From: a virus
Length of the DNA stretch: 64,000 nucleotides
Virus record (IMG/VR): IMGVR_UViG_3300045988_122383
Coordinates: 24,896-88,895 of that record
Reading direction: 5' to 3' (one strand)
The notes beneath the pieces are model-generated. The model was not told the origin of the DNA. It made no database searches and saw only the letters and a program-made list of their open reading frames with translations. Numbering within the stretch: position 1 is the stretch's first letter; each line of letters begins with the position of its first letter. Both the position numbers and the translations under genes were made by a program. Positions 1 to 9,940 of this stretch are shown here, in pieces.

Positions 1-1816
1 CATCCTTGATAGCATTACGATTGGCAAACTTATTTACTTTACCAGTCACAACAAAAGTCATTCCCGTAAGATCAACAGCAGATTCTTTCTTGCTTTCTGG
101 CATTTCAAATTCAAGTTCTTCGGCTAATTTCTCAACCATTTCAAGGTTTTCTTTGAAATAATCATCCATTGACAATGAAGTATTGATACCAATACCATCA
201 ATATGTCCAAAATATTTTCTCTTTTTGATTCTTTCGATAAACACATCATATGGATTTTCGTTATTCGATAGAGAAATCTTATCAATAAGCTTGCAAATAT
301 CCTTTGCCGTTGACTTCCCAACAAGTTCAATGCCAAGTGCTGTTACGAAATTAACCAGTTTACATCTGCGACTTTCCTCGATACTATTTAATAAGGAAGA
401 AACACTTTTTGCACCAAATCCATCAAGGTTCTTCATCTCAGTTTTATGCTCTGCTAAATTATAAATATCTGTATAATCTTTTAGCCATCCAAGATCAATA
501 AATCTTTTCAGAGTTGCTTCGGATAAACCTTGAATATTCATTGCATCTCTGGAAACAAAGTTTACAAACTTGCTTAATAGCTTTGCCTTGCAATCAGGAT
601 TCATGCATTTCAGAACCTTACTGCCATTCTCGTTGATGATTTTTGCTGCGCCACCGCAGGTTGGACAAGTATCTGGAATCTTAAATGTATTGCTTCTTGT
701 CAGATTATCGTGTACTTTTGGGATTACCATGTTGCTTCGATAAACCTGAATCGTATCACCTGCACCAAGTTCCAATCCTTCAATATAACTTACATTATGT
801 AATGTAGCTCTTGTAGTTTCTGCACCATCAAGATCAACTGGATCGAATACTGCGACTGGATTAATCAATCCTGTGCGAGATGTATTCCATTCAATATCTC
901 TGATCGTTGTTTCGTAGAGGTCGTCGATCCACTTTAACGCCATCATATTTAATGGATGATGTCCTGTTGTTCCAAGTGATTTACCATACTGATAATCGTT
1001 ATAAGTAAAAATCAAACCATCAACAGGATATTCATATGCCTCTGGATCAAATTTCTCAATATATTCTTCGACATTATCTCGATTAACAATCTGATGTTCT
1101 ACAACGTCAAATCCCTGCTCTGCAAGATATTTAAAACTATCAGCAATACTTGACATTTCTTCTTCAGATACGCCATCAATTTTGACTAACTCAAATGCTT
1201 TGTAAGCAAGTTTTCTTTCCTTTGCTACATTCGCATCTAACTGCCTGATTGTACCTGCTGCCAGATTTCTTGCATTCTTGTATTTACCATGCAACGCTTC
1301 ATTGATTTTCTGGAAATTTTCATAACTAATAACTGATTCGCCACGTATCTCAATACTACGCTTGTCAGGAATCTCAAGAGGTAAATTGAAAATCATACGT
1401 GCTGTATGAGTCACATCTTCTCCAATTTCGCCATTTCCCCTTGTAATTGCTTGTTTTAAGCGTCCTTTTTCGTACCTTAGTACCACCGTCAATCCGTCAA
1501 GTTTCCACGATAAAACACCAATTTTATCCGCAAGAAATTTTTTGACCTCATTGACATCCTTCGTCTTCTGAGCTGATAACATTGGGCGTGTATGCTTTAC
1601 TTTAGCCAGAGAATCAATTATAAATCCTTGAACGTGGTGGATGGGCGAATTATTCAAAACAACGCCAGAATCTCTCTCAAGTCGTTCTAAAGCAGCGCAT
1701 AAATCGTCAAATTCTTTATCTGAAATGAGCGGATTATCCTCTGCGTAGTACGCATATGAAGCATCATTGATTCTGTCGATCAAGACATTCATTTCTTTCA
1801 CATATTCAGTTTTCAT
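1..1816 (-). CDS. ligA: NAD-dependent DNA ligase (LigA). The 5' end is in the window; the C-terminal ~50-65 aa (BRCT region) run off the left edge.
   Basis: Minus-strand ATG at 1816 opens a frame that stays open to position 1. The translation gives MKTEYVKEMNVLIDRINDASYAYYAEDNPLISDKEFDDL..., the adenylation motif SWKLDG, the TRGNGEIGEDVT motif and the Cys4 zinc finger CPTCGG...C..PDC, all hallmarks of NAD+ ligase. No ORF of 60 aa or more is reported in any other frame across 464..1767. Confidence 0.85.
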   Translation of the reverse strand, partial: MKTEYVKEMNVLIDRINDASYAYYAEDNPLISDKEFDDLCAALERLERDSGVVLNNSPIHHVQGFIIDSLAKVKHTRPMLSAQKTKDVNEVKKFLADKIGVLSWKLDGLTVVLRYEKGRLKQAITRGNGEIGEDVTHTARMIFNLPLEIPDKRSIEIRGESVISYENFQKINEALHGKYKNARNLAAGTIRQLDANVAKERKLAYKAFELVKIDGVSEEEMSSIADSFKYLAEQGFDVVEHQIVNRDNVEEYIEKFDPEAYEYPVDGLIFTYNDYQYGKSLGTTGHHPLNMMALKWIDDLYETTIRDIEWNTSRTGLINPVAVFDPVDLDGAETTRATLHNVSYIEGLELGAGDTIQVYRSNMVIPKVHDNLTRSNTFKIPDTCPTCGGAAKIINENGSKVLKCMNPDCKAKLLSKFVNFVSRDAMNIQGLSEATLKRFIDLGWLKDYTDIYNLAEHKTEMKNLDGFGAKSVSSLLNSIEESRRCKLVNFVTALGIELVGKSTAKDICKLIDKISLSNNENPYDVFIERIKKRKYFGHIDGIGINTSLSMDDYFKENLEMVEKLAEELEFEMPESKKESAVDLTGMTFVVTGKVNKFANRNAIKD

Positions 1817-1900
1817 AATTTTTGGATTTTCCTTTTCTTGTTTATATTGTTTAGTTAATTATTTTAATTTGTGTTTTCTATGTCTTTCAGTAACTGCCAA

Positions 1901-2539
1901 TTACTTCACTACATATATTTTTCTGTGCTGTTGCACATTTATTGTTTCGGAATGTGTTGATTTGAACACGTCTACATGCATTCCTTTTACTTTGCCTCCG
2001 CAATCTTCTGCCACAAAGATTGTGTCACCGTATCCCTCAATCTTAACTCTTGTTCCATAAGGGATAATGTTTTTATCAACCGCAATCGTATGATATGGTC
2101 GAGCAAATTTATGCCCTGCATGATTCCAAGCAATCTTAGATCCATATCCTTCAGAACATTCATAACATGGACAATATGCCGTGATCAAAAATGTTCCAAG
2201 TGAACTCTTTTCAAGTTCTCGCTTTCGCTTCAGCCGCTGTCGTTTAATTCGCAATCGTTTCTTTCGAAGTTTTTCTAATCGAATCTGTCTTGCTTGCTCT
2301 TCATCAGCTTTCTTACATTTCTGATAATGCTCATGAACGTCTTTTAATTCAACGCTTTGACTGATTGGATTGTTTGAAATCACATTGCCTTGCTTATTTT
2401 CCGCAACAGTTGTCTCTGTTGATAAGGTTGAAGTCTCCACCGAGGGTCGCTCCTCTGCTTTAACTGTGTGAGTCATAAAGCCTGAACACATTGCTAAAAA
2501 ACTAAACGAAATAACTTTCATTAAAAATCTTTTTCTCAT
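1901..2539 (-). CDS. Secreted 3D-domain protein (MltA-like cell-wall-binding/lytic-transglycosylase fold, YuiC/YabE-like).
   Basis: Signal-peptide-like N-terminus (MRKRFLMKVISFSFLAMCSGF) followed by a 3D-domain segment ITAYCPCYECSEGYG...IPYGTRVKIEGYGDTIFVAEDCGG...HVDVF. The start was moved to the ATG at 2539, which has an AAAGGAG ribosome-binding site; the track's first ATG sits at the predicted transcription start. Confidence 0.7.
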   Translation of the reverse strand: MRKRFLMKVISFSFLAMCSGFMTHTVKAEERPSVETSTLSTETTVAENKQGNVISNNPISQSVELKDVHEHYQKCKKADEEQARQIRLEKLRKKRLRIKRQRLKRKRELEKSSLGTFLITAYCPCYECSEGYGSKIAWNHAGHKFARPYHTIAVDKNIIPYGTRVKIEGYGDTIFVAEDCGGKVKGMHVDVFKSTHSETINVQQHRKIYVVK

Positions 2540-2569
2540 TTTTGCATCTCCTTTCATTAACATATTGGT

Positions 2570-2607
2570 ATCTTATCATACTTCTTGCACCCTGTCAATA
2601 GGTGCAA
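2570..2607 (-). promoter_or_regulatory. Sigma-70-like promoter (-35 TTGACA, 17-nt spacer, -10 TAAGAT) with the -35 embedded in a 23-bp palindrome TTGCACC-N9-GGTGCAA. This is copy 1 of a duplicated promoter-operator.
   Basis: Read directly from the sequence. A near-identical copy lies at 44170..44207. Both copies sit immediately upstream (on the minus strand) of a gene start. Confidence 0.5.
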
Positions 2608-2616
2608 AGAATAAAG

Positions 2617-4890
2617 TTAATTTTTTAAGCTTAACCAGGTGCGCCTCTTATTATGATTTGTCATAATACATCTCTTAAACGCTTCTGGCTCTGCAAGGAG
2701 TGCAAATCTTTTCTTAGCTCGTGTCAACATTGTATATAACATACAGTTATCAAGCAATTTGTAATGTGTATTGTCAATAATACCGATCACAGTTTGCGCA
2801 GCTGATCCTTGAAGTTTATGCGTGGTTAATGCATATGCTAATTGCAGTTGTCCTAACTGAGCGAAAGAATATTCAATCAGCTTTTCTTCAATATTTGCAT
2901 TCATAGACACCAAACATATTTCTTTTTCTTTGTCAATCTCTGTAATGTATCCAATATCACCATTGAATACATCTCGCTCGTAATCATTTGAAGTCTGTAA
3001 TACCTTATCTCCTAAATAGTATTTACGATCTTTGAATTCAACAAATGGTTTGTTACTACTAGCAAATAATTCTTTCTGTACTGCTTTGTTCAATTCATCT
3101 GTGCTGTTCGTACAATTACTTCTTCGTGGAGAAATAATCACAACATTGTCAAGCCCTTCCTCTTTGACAGATTTGATATACTGCTTTACTGCCATATTGA
3201 ACAATGATTCTCTATTCTTCCTGAACAAATAAAACATATCATTTAGTTCACCATGAACAATTTTTAATTGTGGGCTATCCAATGGATTAATCCCTCTGCG
3301 AATCTTTCTTGCATCCGTTAAAATACCAGATTTTTCTGCTTGTCTCATCGGTTTGGTAAGCTGTACACTATTTAAACCTTTCTTTTTCAACAGATCCGAG
3401 AAAATATTACCAAATCCAATCGGTGGCAACTGCATATAGTCACCACAAAAAATTAATCGTGTTCCTGGTCGAATTGCCAATAAAAAATTATAGAAAAGGC
3501 TCGCATTTGTCATGCTACTTTCATCCATGATTACTACATCAGCAGGTAATGGGTTATCTTGGTTATAACAAAAACTATCAATACCTTCTGCTACAAGTAA
3601 CCTATGAATAGTCCGTGAGTCTAAGCCTGTTGCTTCTTTAATTCTTTGGGCTGCTTTTGCAGATAAAGCACACGCAACAATGCTATTATTTCTTTTTTGG
3701 TAGCATTTAATAATTGGTTTCAGAATTGTTGTTTTACCAGTTCCAGCTTCTCCAGAAATAAACACAACTTGGCAATTTAATGCTTTGTTAACTCCTGTAA
3801 TTTGTTCTTCTGAAAACATAAACCCTTCTTCATCTTCAACTTCAGAAATCGTCTGACTAATCTCACTATCTGTTATTGGTTCGTAATCTGTTGTATTTCC
3901 AAATGAATATTTCTCCATATCTTTAATAAATTCGTAAATATCCATTTCAATTTTATAATACGATTTCAGACCAATTTTATCTCCAGATGTATATAAATAA
4001 TTTGGTAATTTTTTATCTGATTCTTCATCAAACCATTCGTCAAATATAGGTAAGCATTCAGACGCTGCATTACTAATATTGCTTCTTAAATTTTTGATAT
4101 ACACATATGTATGTCCATCATTATCACCAACTTGATGCAAGTCGTAGGAAATAAATGCGTTTAACCGTTGATTTGAGCATCGCAATTCTGGTTTTAATTT
4201 GAGCGCAATATCATCAACTCGTTTAAAGCCCATGCCCTTTACCCTAGTTAGTATATATGGATTTTGTTCAATCTGTTTTTTTAAAACACTTGGATTAGGT
4301 TCGGATTTCAATAATCTTTCAATCGTTGGTAACGTAACCCCATATGGTTGCAACATTACAACAATATCAGAAATCACATAGTTTTTAATAATTTTATCTC
4401 TAAGCTTCTTCCAAGTTTTATCTCCTAGTCCTTTGATTTCTGAATGGTCAATCATCTCTAACTGACCATTCATTACATCTTCAACAACATTAGGATATTT
4501 CGCAATTAACTGATCTGCGATCACTGCGTTCGTCTGTGTTTTTAAAAATACCTTTTGTGCTTCAAAAGTTTTAGGAACTTCAGCAACTATAGAAAGTGGT
4601 TTATATTGGTATTCATTGTATTTCTTAGAATATGTCATATTGGCTTTAACCTTATATTTCGTTCCTAAATACAACTCCTGCATATTACCAACCAATTTGC
4701 CACATTTATTCATTTTTTTATCGGATAAGTCATCAAAATCATTATTATTATATGGTTTACATTCTGGTAAATCTTCTGCTGTACAGAATGTGTAAATCCC
4801 AAATAAAGATTCTTCATTATAATAAATCTGATATAATGGGACAATCTCAAACTCATATTCTTTTGTACTATCCACCACTTTAGGCGACAA
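2617..4890 (-). CDS. RecD-like SF1 DNA helicase with an N-terminal domain of unknown function.
   Basis: Walker A VFISGEAGTGKTT and Walker B VIMDESSM, plus a C-terminal RecD/TraA-like motif LAYALTTHKLQGSAAQTV. The ORF is 757 aa. Confidence 0.75.
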   Translation of the reverse strand: MSPKVVDSTKEYEFEIVPLYQIYYNEESLFGIYTFCTAEDLPECKPYNNNDFDDLSDKKMNKCGKLVGNMQELYLGTKYKVKANMTYSKKYNEYQYKPLSIVAEVPKTFEAQKVFLKTQTNAVIADQLIAKYPNVVEDVMNGQLEMIDHSEIKGLGDKTWKKLRDKIIKNYVISDIVVMLQPYGVTLPTIERLLKSEPNPSVLKKQIEQNPYILTRVKGMGFKRVDDIALKLKPELRCSNQRLNAFISYDLHQVGDNDGHTYVYIKNLRSNISNAASECLPIFDEWFDEESDKKLPNYLYTSGDKIGLKSYYKIEMDIYEFIKDMEKYSFGNTTDYEPITDSEISQTISEVEDEEGFMFSEEQITGVNKALNCQVVFISGEAGTGKTTILKPIIKCYQKRNNSIVACALSAKAAQRIKEATGLDSRTIHRLLVAEGIDSFCYNQDNPLPADVVIMDESSMTNASLFYNFLLAIRPGTRLIFCGDYMQLPPIGFGNIFSDLLKKKGLNSVQLTKPMRQAEKSGILTDARKIRRGINPLDSPQLKIVHGELNDMFYLFRKNRESLFNMAVKQYIKSVKEEGLDNVVIISPRRSNCTNSTDELNKAVQKELFASSNKPFVEFKDRKYYLGDKVLQTSNDYERDVFNGDIGYITEIDKEKEICLVSMNANIEEKLIEYSFAQLGQLQLAYALTTHKLQGSAAQTVIGIIDNTHYKLLDNCMLYTMLTRAKKRFALLAEPEAFKRCIMTNHNKRRTWLSLKN

Positions 4891-7800
4891 CCCCCTTCAC
4901 TTTCTTAATATCTTCTAGCCATTGTTTATATGGTTTAATTTTCTTTGCGATAACCTTCTCTTCTGAATCTTTTCTGCATAACATCGCAATCTGATTTCCT
5001 TTGGTAATCATATCTTCATATTCTTTTAATTGCGAATGCCAGACGATTGCCTCAGTCAATCCAAAACTAGAATATAAATTCACATACGCAAATGTCTTTT
5101 TATTTTTGTCTTTCTTTTTATCAACTTTAGCGATCACTGCAACCACAGTACAATCATCTCCATTTTCAACATCTTGAAATTGTTTTGACATATACTTGTA
5201 TGCCTGATCAAATGGGTTATCGTTGATAAAGATTTGCAATGCTTCAAATTCCCAAAAATCTTCATTCTCAAGATATTTTTGATTCTGTGCGATAAATTTC
5301 TGAAATCGTTCTTTTTCCTTATCTTTGTACAATTCATACTTTTTATCGTTATAAACTTTCAATATTGCATCTTTGTCGTAATCATATTTCTTCTCACCTA
5401 TACGGTAATCTTCAGCGTCAATATCCCATTTAATAAGTAATTGTTTGTAACTCGGTGCTTTTGCAACTGGCTTGAATGTTGTTGGCTGATACATAGATTT
5501 CAAATACTGAATTAAAGTTTTACGCTTATTCTTTGTTGGAATTGCACCTGCTTTGATCAACTGAATAACCTGTGATTTACTTGGATTAATACGTTCGCAA
5601 AAGTTTTCAAATCCTATGAATTTACCATTTTTATCACGGTCTTCAAGAATTACCTTTGCAATTTTTTCTCCAATGCCACTGATAGCCGATAATCCAAACA
5701 ATATATACACATCGTCAATACTGAAATTCATCATTGATTTGTTTAAGTTTGGTGGTAACACTTGAATCTTAAACGCCTTAGCATCAAGAATATATTTATT
5801 TACCATTCCTGCCTTATCTTTATTGCGATTCAATAATGCCTTAAAAAAACACAACGCATAATGTTTCTTTAAAAACGCTGTTTGTAAGCATAATACAGCG
5901 TAGGAGTACGCATGACTTTTGTTGAATAAGTATCCCCCTTTTTGGGATAATGTCTCGCTAATCTGTTTTGCAATTTCTTCGGGGTATCCATTCTCAATAA
6001 TCTCGTAATAAAGCTTTTTAGATTCAGACTTTACAAGTTCAATATTCTTCTTACCAATCGCCTTACGGAATAAGTCAGCTCCTCCATAACTTCGACCACC
6101 AAATTTACGAACAATATCAAGTAATTGCTCCTGATAAATCATACATCCATACGTTTCCTTTAAGATTGGCTCCATATCTGGATGGATATATGCAATTTTC
6201 TCTGGATGATGTTTATACTCAATGAATTCTTCTAAGACATCCATTGCATCTGGTCTATACAGTGCTAATACAGCTGCCAACTCTTCCATGTTTGAGACTT
6301 GTAACCTAACCAGCAAATCCTTCATACCAGCACTTTCGACCTGGAAAACACCATTCGTCATTGCACTACGCAATAATTCATATGATCCTTTATCCATTTC
6401 AAACTTTGGATTGTTAATATTTACATCAAACTCAGTTAACCCTGCGTCAATTTCGGCTTCTTTTACAGTGTTCAATGTAGCAACACCCAAAATATCAAAT
6501 TTAATAATCCCAATCTCTTCAACGATACGTTTATCTACTTGGATGACGTGTTCTCCATCAGTTCCAAGTTTCATTGCCATATAATCGCTAATATCTGTAT
6601 CTACAATTCCAACACCACCTGCATGAGAAGATACTGTTTTTACTCTACCTGCAAGATGAGATGCAACGTCAAAAAGCTCTTCATATCTTGGATTCTCTGC
6701 TAAATCTCTGTTATTCCATAAAGATTCTTCAATCGTGTCATATACAAATTTTTTACTTAGTTTGTCCATCTCGTGATAATTGAACCCTAAAACCTTGCCA
6801 ACATCTTTGATTGCCACAATTGGAGTAATAAAACTGAAATTGATAATCTGGCATACTCTGTTTTCGCCATACTTATCGATCAAATATTGGATAATCTCAT
6901 CTCGTGTACCAACATCTGTATCTGTATCTGGCATTGAAATTCGTTCTGGATTTAAAAATCTTTCAAAAATCAGTCCATATTTGATAGGATCTAAGTCTGT
7001 AATTGTAATCGTGTAACACACCAAACTACCTGCACAACTACCTCGACCAGCACCAATTGGAATACCATTTTCTCTTGCAAAATTGATAAAATCCCAAACG
7101 ATCAAGAAGTATCCATCGAATCCCATTGAATGAATAATATCTAACTCATAATCAATTCTTTCTTTTCTGAGTTTCTGCTCATCTTCTGGTAATTTATCGA
7201 ATCCTCGTTTTACCCACCCTGTATCAATCAGATACTTTAAATAAGAATAATTATCTTCAAATCCTTCTGGTAATGGGAAAGATGGTAACTGAGGTGCCTG
7301 AAATGGCATGTGAATTTCATCAATTAAATCTGCAATCCTATCAGTTTCTTCAAGTCCTTTAGTTACTGCGTCTTCTCCAATTTGGTTATCCATAATTGCA
7401 TGAATTTCATCGTCAGATTGTAAATAACATCCTTCATAAATTTCTGCTGCGGTTTCAGTATCGTGAGCAAGCTTTACATGCCAGTTCTGATAATACAGAT
7501 CTTCTTTTCTAGCAGCGTGACTATCAGTTGTGATAATGTATGGTGTATTAGTGTCTACTGAAAGCCGTAAGATTTTCTGATTATATACCATTTGATCCTG
7601 ATGTGAATGTGACTGCATTTCTAAATAAAAATGTGGAAAAATCTCTTTGTATTCAAGAACATATTCAACACATTTCTGATAATCTGGCTCTCTGGCAAGT
7701 TTAGATGCTAAACAAGCACTACTCACAACCAGATCCTTAGCATATGGTTTCAACGCATTCAGATCAATTCGTGGCTTGTAGTAAAATCCATGAAAATTTG

Positions 7801-8113
7801 AATCAGTTACCAATTGATTAATTGCTTTTCTACCATTCTCATTCTTTGCCAATACAATTAAATGGAAATATTTGCTATCCTTATTCTGTTCTGTCATATC
7901 AAAGCATTCATAAAATTCAACTCCAAAAATCAATTTAACACTTGGATATTTCTCATGAAGCTTATCATAATAGCACCAACTATACTCATTGCCATGTTCT
8001 GTGATAGCCAGGGCTTTTAGTCCTATCTCTTCTGCTCTTTGTAAGTTTTCTTCAGGTAATGCATATCCATCTAACAATGAATAATGCGAATGTGTATGTA
8101 ATGAACTGCTCAC
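4880..8113 (-). CDS. dnaE: DNA polymerase III alpha subunit (DnaE-type replicative polymerase).
   Basis: N-terminal PHP domain (HTHSHYSLLDG) and the polymerase active-site region GRGSCAGSLVCYTITITDLDPIKYGLIFERFLNPERISMPDTDTD. The ORF is 1077 aa. Confidence 0.85.
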   Translation of the reverse strand: MSSSLHTHSHYSLLDGYALPEENLQRAEEIGLKALAITEHGNEYSWCYYDKLHEKYPSVKLIFGVEFYECFDMTEQNKDSKYFHLIVLAKNENGRKAINQLVTDSNFHGFYYKPRIDLNALKPYAKDLVVSSACLASKLAREPDYQKCVEYVLEYKEIFPHFYLEMQSHSHQDQMVYNQKILRLSVDTNTPYIITTDSHAARKEDLYYQNWHVKLAHDTETAAEIYEGCYLQSDDEIHAIMDNQIGEDAVTKGLEETDRIADLIDEIHMPFQAPQLPSFPLPEGFEDNYSYLKYLIDTGWVKRGFDKLPEDEQKLRKERIDYELDIIHSMGFDGYFLIVWDFINFARENGIPIGAGRGSCAGSLVCYTITITDLDPIKYGLIFERFLNPERISMPDTDTDVGTRDEIIQYLIDKYGENRVCQIINFSFITPIVAIKDVGKVLGFNYHEMDKLSKKFVYDTIEESLWNNRDLAENPRYEELFDVASHLAGRVKTVSSHAGGVGIVDTDISDYMAMKLGTDGEHVIQVDKRIVEEIGIIKFDILGVATLNTVKEAEIDAGLTEFDVNINNPKFEMDKGSYELLRSAMTNGVFQVESAGMKDLLVRLQVSNMEELAAVLALYRPDAMDVLEEFIEYKHHPEKIAYIHPDMEPILKETYGCMIYQEQLLDIVRKFGGRSYGGADLFRKAIGKKNIELVKSESKKLYYEIIENGYPEEIAKQISETLSQKGGYLFNKSHAYSYAVLCLQTAFLKKHYALCFFKALLNRNKDKAGMVNKYILDAKAFKIQVLPPNLNKSMMNFSIDDVYILFGLSAISGIGEKIAKVILEDRDKNGKFIGFENFCERINPSKSQVIQLIKAGAIPTKNKRKTLIQYLKSMYQPTTFKPVAKAPSYKQLLIKWDIDAEDYRIGEKKYDYDKDAILKVYNDKKYELYKDKEKERFQKFIAQNQKYLENEDFWEFEALQIFINDNPFDQAYKYMSKQFQDVENGDDCTVVAVIAKVDKKKDKNKKTFAYVNLYSSFGLTEAIVWHSQLKEYEDMITKGNQIAMLCRKDSEEKVIAKKIKPYKQWLEDIKKVKGVVA

Positions 8114-8124
8114 TAACTTTCACC

Positions 8125-9873
8125 TCAATCCCAAATATCTTCGTCTAATTCTTCATCTGTTGTAATGCTCAGAACATTAATATCATCAACCGCAATTTGA
8201 TATTGTCTAATTCCGTTAAAGATATTAGTCTGTGCAGTTCCTACTAATTCAAATGTAACTGTGCCTTCGTCAGAAAAATCATTCATAATCCAATCATAAA
8301 TCTTATTTTTTTCATTACATCTAAACATCACGCATGGAATATCATTAATCTTGAATTGCATTGTATCCATTTTCTTACCAACAACATTAATTTCTTCCTT
8401 ATTTAATGTGATATTCTCGACAGCAATCATCGGATCATCAATGCCCTGCCCGCGAATATCATCCAATTTAGACATTTCCTGTAGTAGTTCAAACTCTAAT
8501 CTACAAGCATCTACAATGAAATCAACTCTATAAGTTGAATCATATTTAATATCTTTCAGCTTGTCGTTTAATTCTGTGAGTGCTCCAGAGATATTATCTG
8601 TCGAACATCCAAATGCATTGGCGTGACCTTTTGCCCATAAAAATGAATTTGTTTCGGATATCACATCTTTCAAACTATCAATCGGGCTATGGTCTACATT
8701 TCTTGCACTACCACTCATTTCTACTAATCCTGTTTCTGGATTAATATGTTTTCGTAATAACAAACATGGTCTGTTCATATCTTCAGCAATCTTAATGGCA
8801 ACCAATCCTGTCAAACTGCTATCTAATGTTTCTGTAACATCAAGAATAGTAATCTTACTATCTTTATCTTTTTCTGCCTCTTTCATAATAATCGGAACCA
8901 TCTTTTTCTTTTGACGATCCTGTTTGCCTTTAGCATTTTTGCATAATCGAGCGGCACGATCGTAAATATTCTCTTTGATTACTTCCGCAGGGTTGTTTTT
9001 TGTTGCTCTTTTCTTATAGTCAAATACCTCATAGTCTTCAATAAATGCTCTAAAAACTAATTCTTTATCTTTCAAAGAACCAAATCGTACCATACCATTG
9101 ATAATTGGAACGATATACCACTGAACATTATGGATATTAACAATACTGTGCATTGAATAGTCTTGTGCATTGATCAGCGCTTTGAAGCATTTATTCTGAA
9201 GATTCTGAATCCCTTTATCCACTAAACGACGTGTCTCAAATGATCTCATATCCATGACATCACCGATATTCGCTAATGCACATAAATCTAAATAATCATC
9301 AGCATAATTGATCCATAATTCGTCATCCATTGCTTGCAAAAATCTATAAACAACGCCTGCCCCACATAAGTCTTTGTTCTTATAGTGTGGACTGCACTGG
9401 TTATTTACAATTACAACTTCCTCTGGCATTTTAATTTCAGATTCTTCTTTTTCATGGTGATCAAGAATTACAATCTGTACGCCACGACTTACAAGTTCAG
9501 TACACTGTGTTACATCGTTGGTGCCTGCATCTGGAATTATTAAAAGTTTTACGTCTTCAGGTATAGTAATATCTTCACTTAATCCGTGAGCTTTTGCTTT
9601 TTTATGCAATAAGTAACAAATGTTACTCTTGCTGTCATAAAGTTCATTATTAATGCGATTTAAGTACATATATACCATTGAAGCTGAGCAAAATCCGTCT
9701 ACGTCCTCGTCAATTAAAATACCGATTTTATGTCCATTTTCAAGTGCAAAAATCGTTGTATTTACTGCGTTTTTAATACCCTCTAAATCGGCATAATCTT
9801 GAATTACGCTATCATCAAGGTTCAAATACGTTTCATAATCATCAATCCCTCTATTTCTTAAAATTTCTGGCAC
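8125..9873 (-). CDS. RecJ-like DHH-family single-strand DNA exonuclease.
   Basis: DHH motifs ILIDEDVDGFCSA, IIPDAGTND and ILDHH, plus a DHHA1-like GHANAFG. The N-terminus has RecJ-like architecture. Confidence 0.7.
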   Translation of the reverse strand: MPEILRNRGIDDYETYLNLDDSVIQDYADLEGIKNAVNTTIFALENGHKIGILIDEDVDGFCSASMVYMYLNRINNELYDSKSNICYLLHKKAKAHGLSEDITIPEDVKLLIIPDAGTNDVTQCTELVSRGVQIVILDHHEKEESEIKMPEEVVIVNNQCSPHYKNKDLCGAGVVYRFLQAMDDELWINYADDYLDLCALANIGDVMDMRSFETRRLVDKGIQNLQNKCFKALINAQDYSMHSIVNIHNVQWYIVPIINGMVRFGSLKDKELVFRAFIEDYEVFDYKKRATKNNPAEVIKENIYDRAARLCKNAKGKQDRQKKKMVPIIMKEAEKDKDSKITILDVTETLDSSLTGLVAIKIAEDMNRPCLLLRKHINPETGLVEMSGSARNVDHSPIDSLKDVISETNSFLWAKGHANAFGCSTDNISGALTELNDKLKDIKYDSTYRVDFIVDACRLEFELLQEMSKLDDIRGQGIDDPMIAVENITLNKEEINVVGKKMDTMQFKINDIPCVMFRCNEKNKIYDWIMNDFSDEGTVTFELVGTAQTNIFNGIRQYQIAVDDINVLSITTDEELDEDIWD

Positions 9874-9940
9874 AACATTAGAGGTATCATTTGTGCCACC
9901 TTCATATAATTTATATTTTATATGTATAACCTGCCTGTTC

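Noticed and set aside
124-464. Two small ORFs (124..336 minus, 183..464 plus) at the left edge.
   Set aside because: They lie inside and out of frame with the long open LigA reading frame, which has strong ligase motifs, so they are shadow ORFs.
5134-7016. Plus- and minus-strand small ORFs inside the dnaE gene (5134..5337, 5234..5440, 6222..6584, 6780..7016).
   Set aside because: They overlap a 1077-aa CDS with unmistakable Pol III alpha motifs. Their composition is low-complexity and typical of antisense frames in AT-rich DNA.
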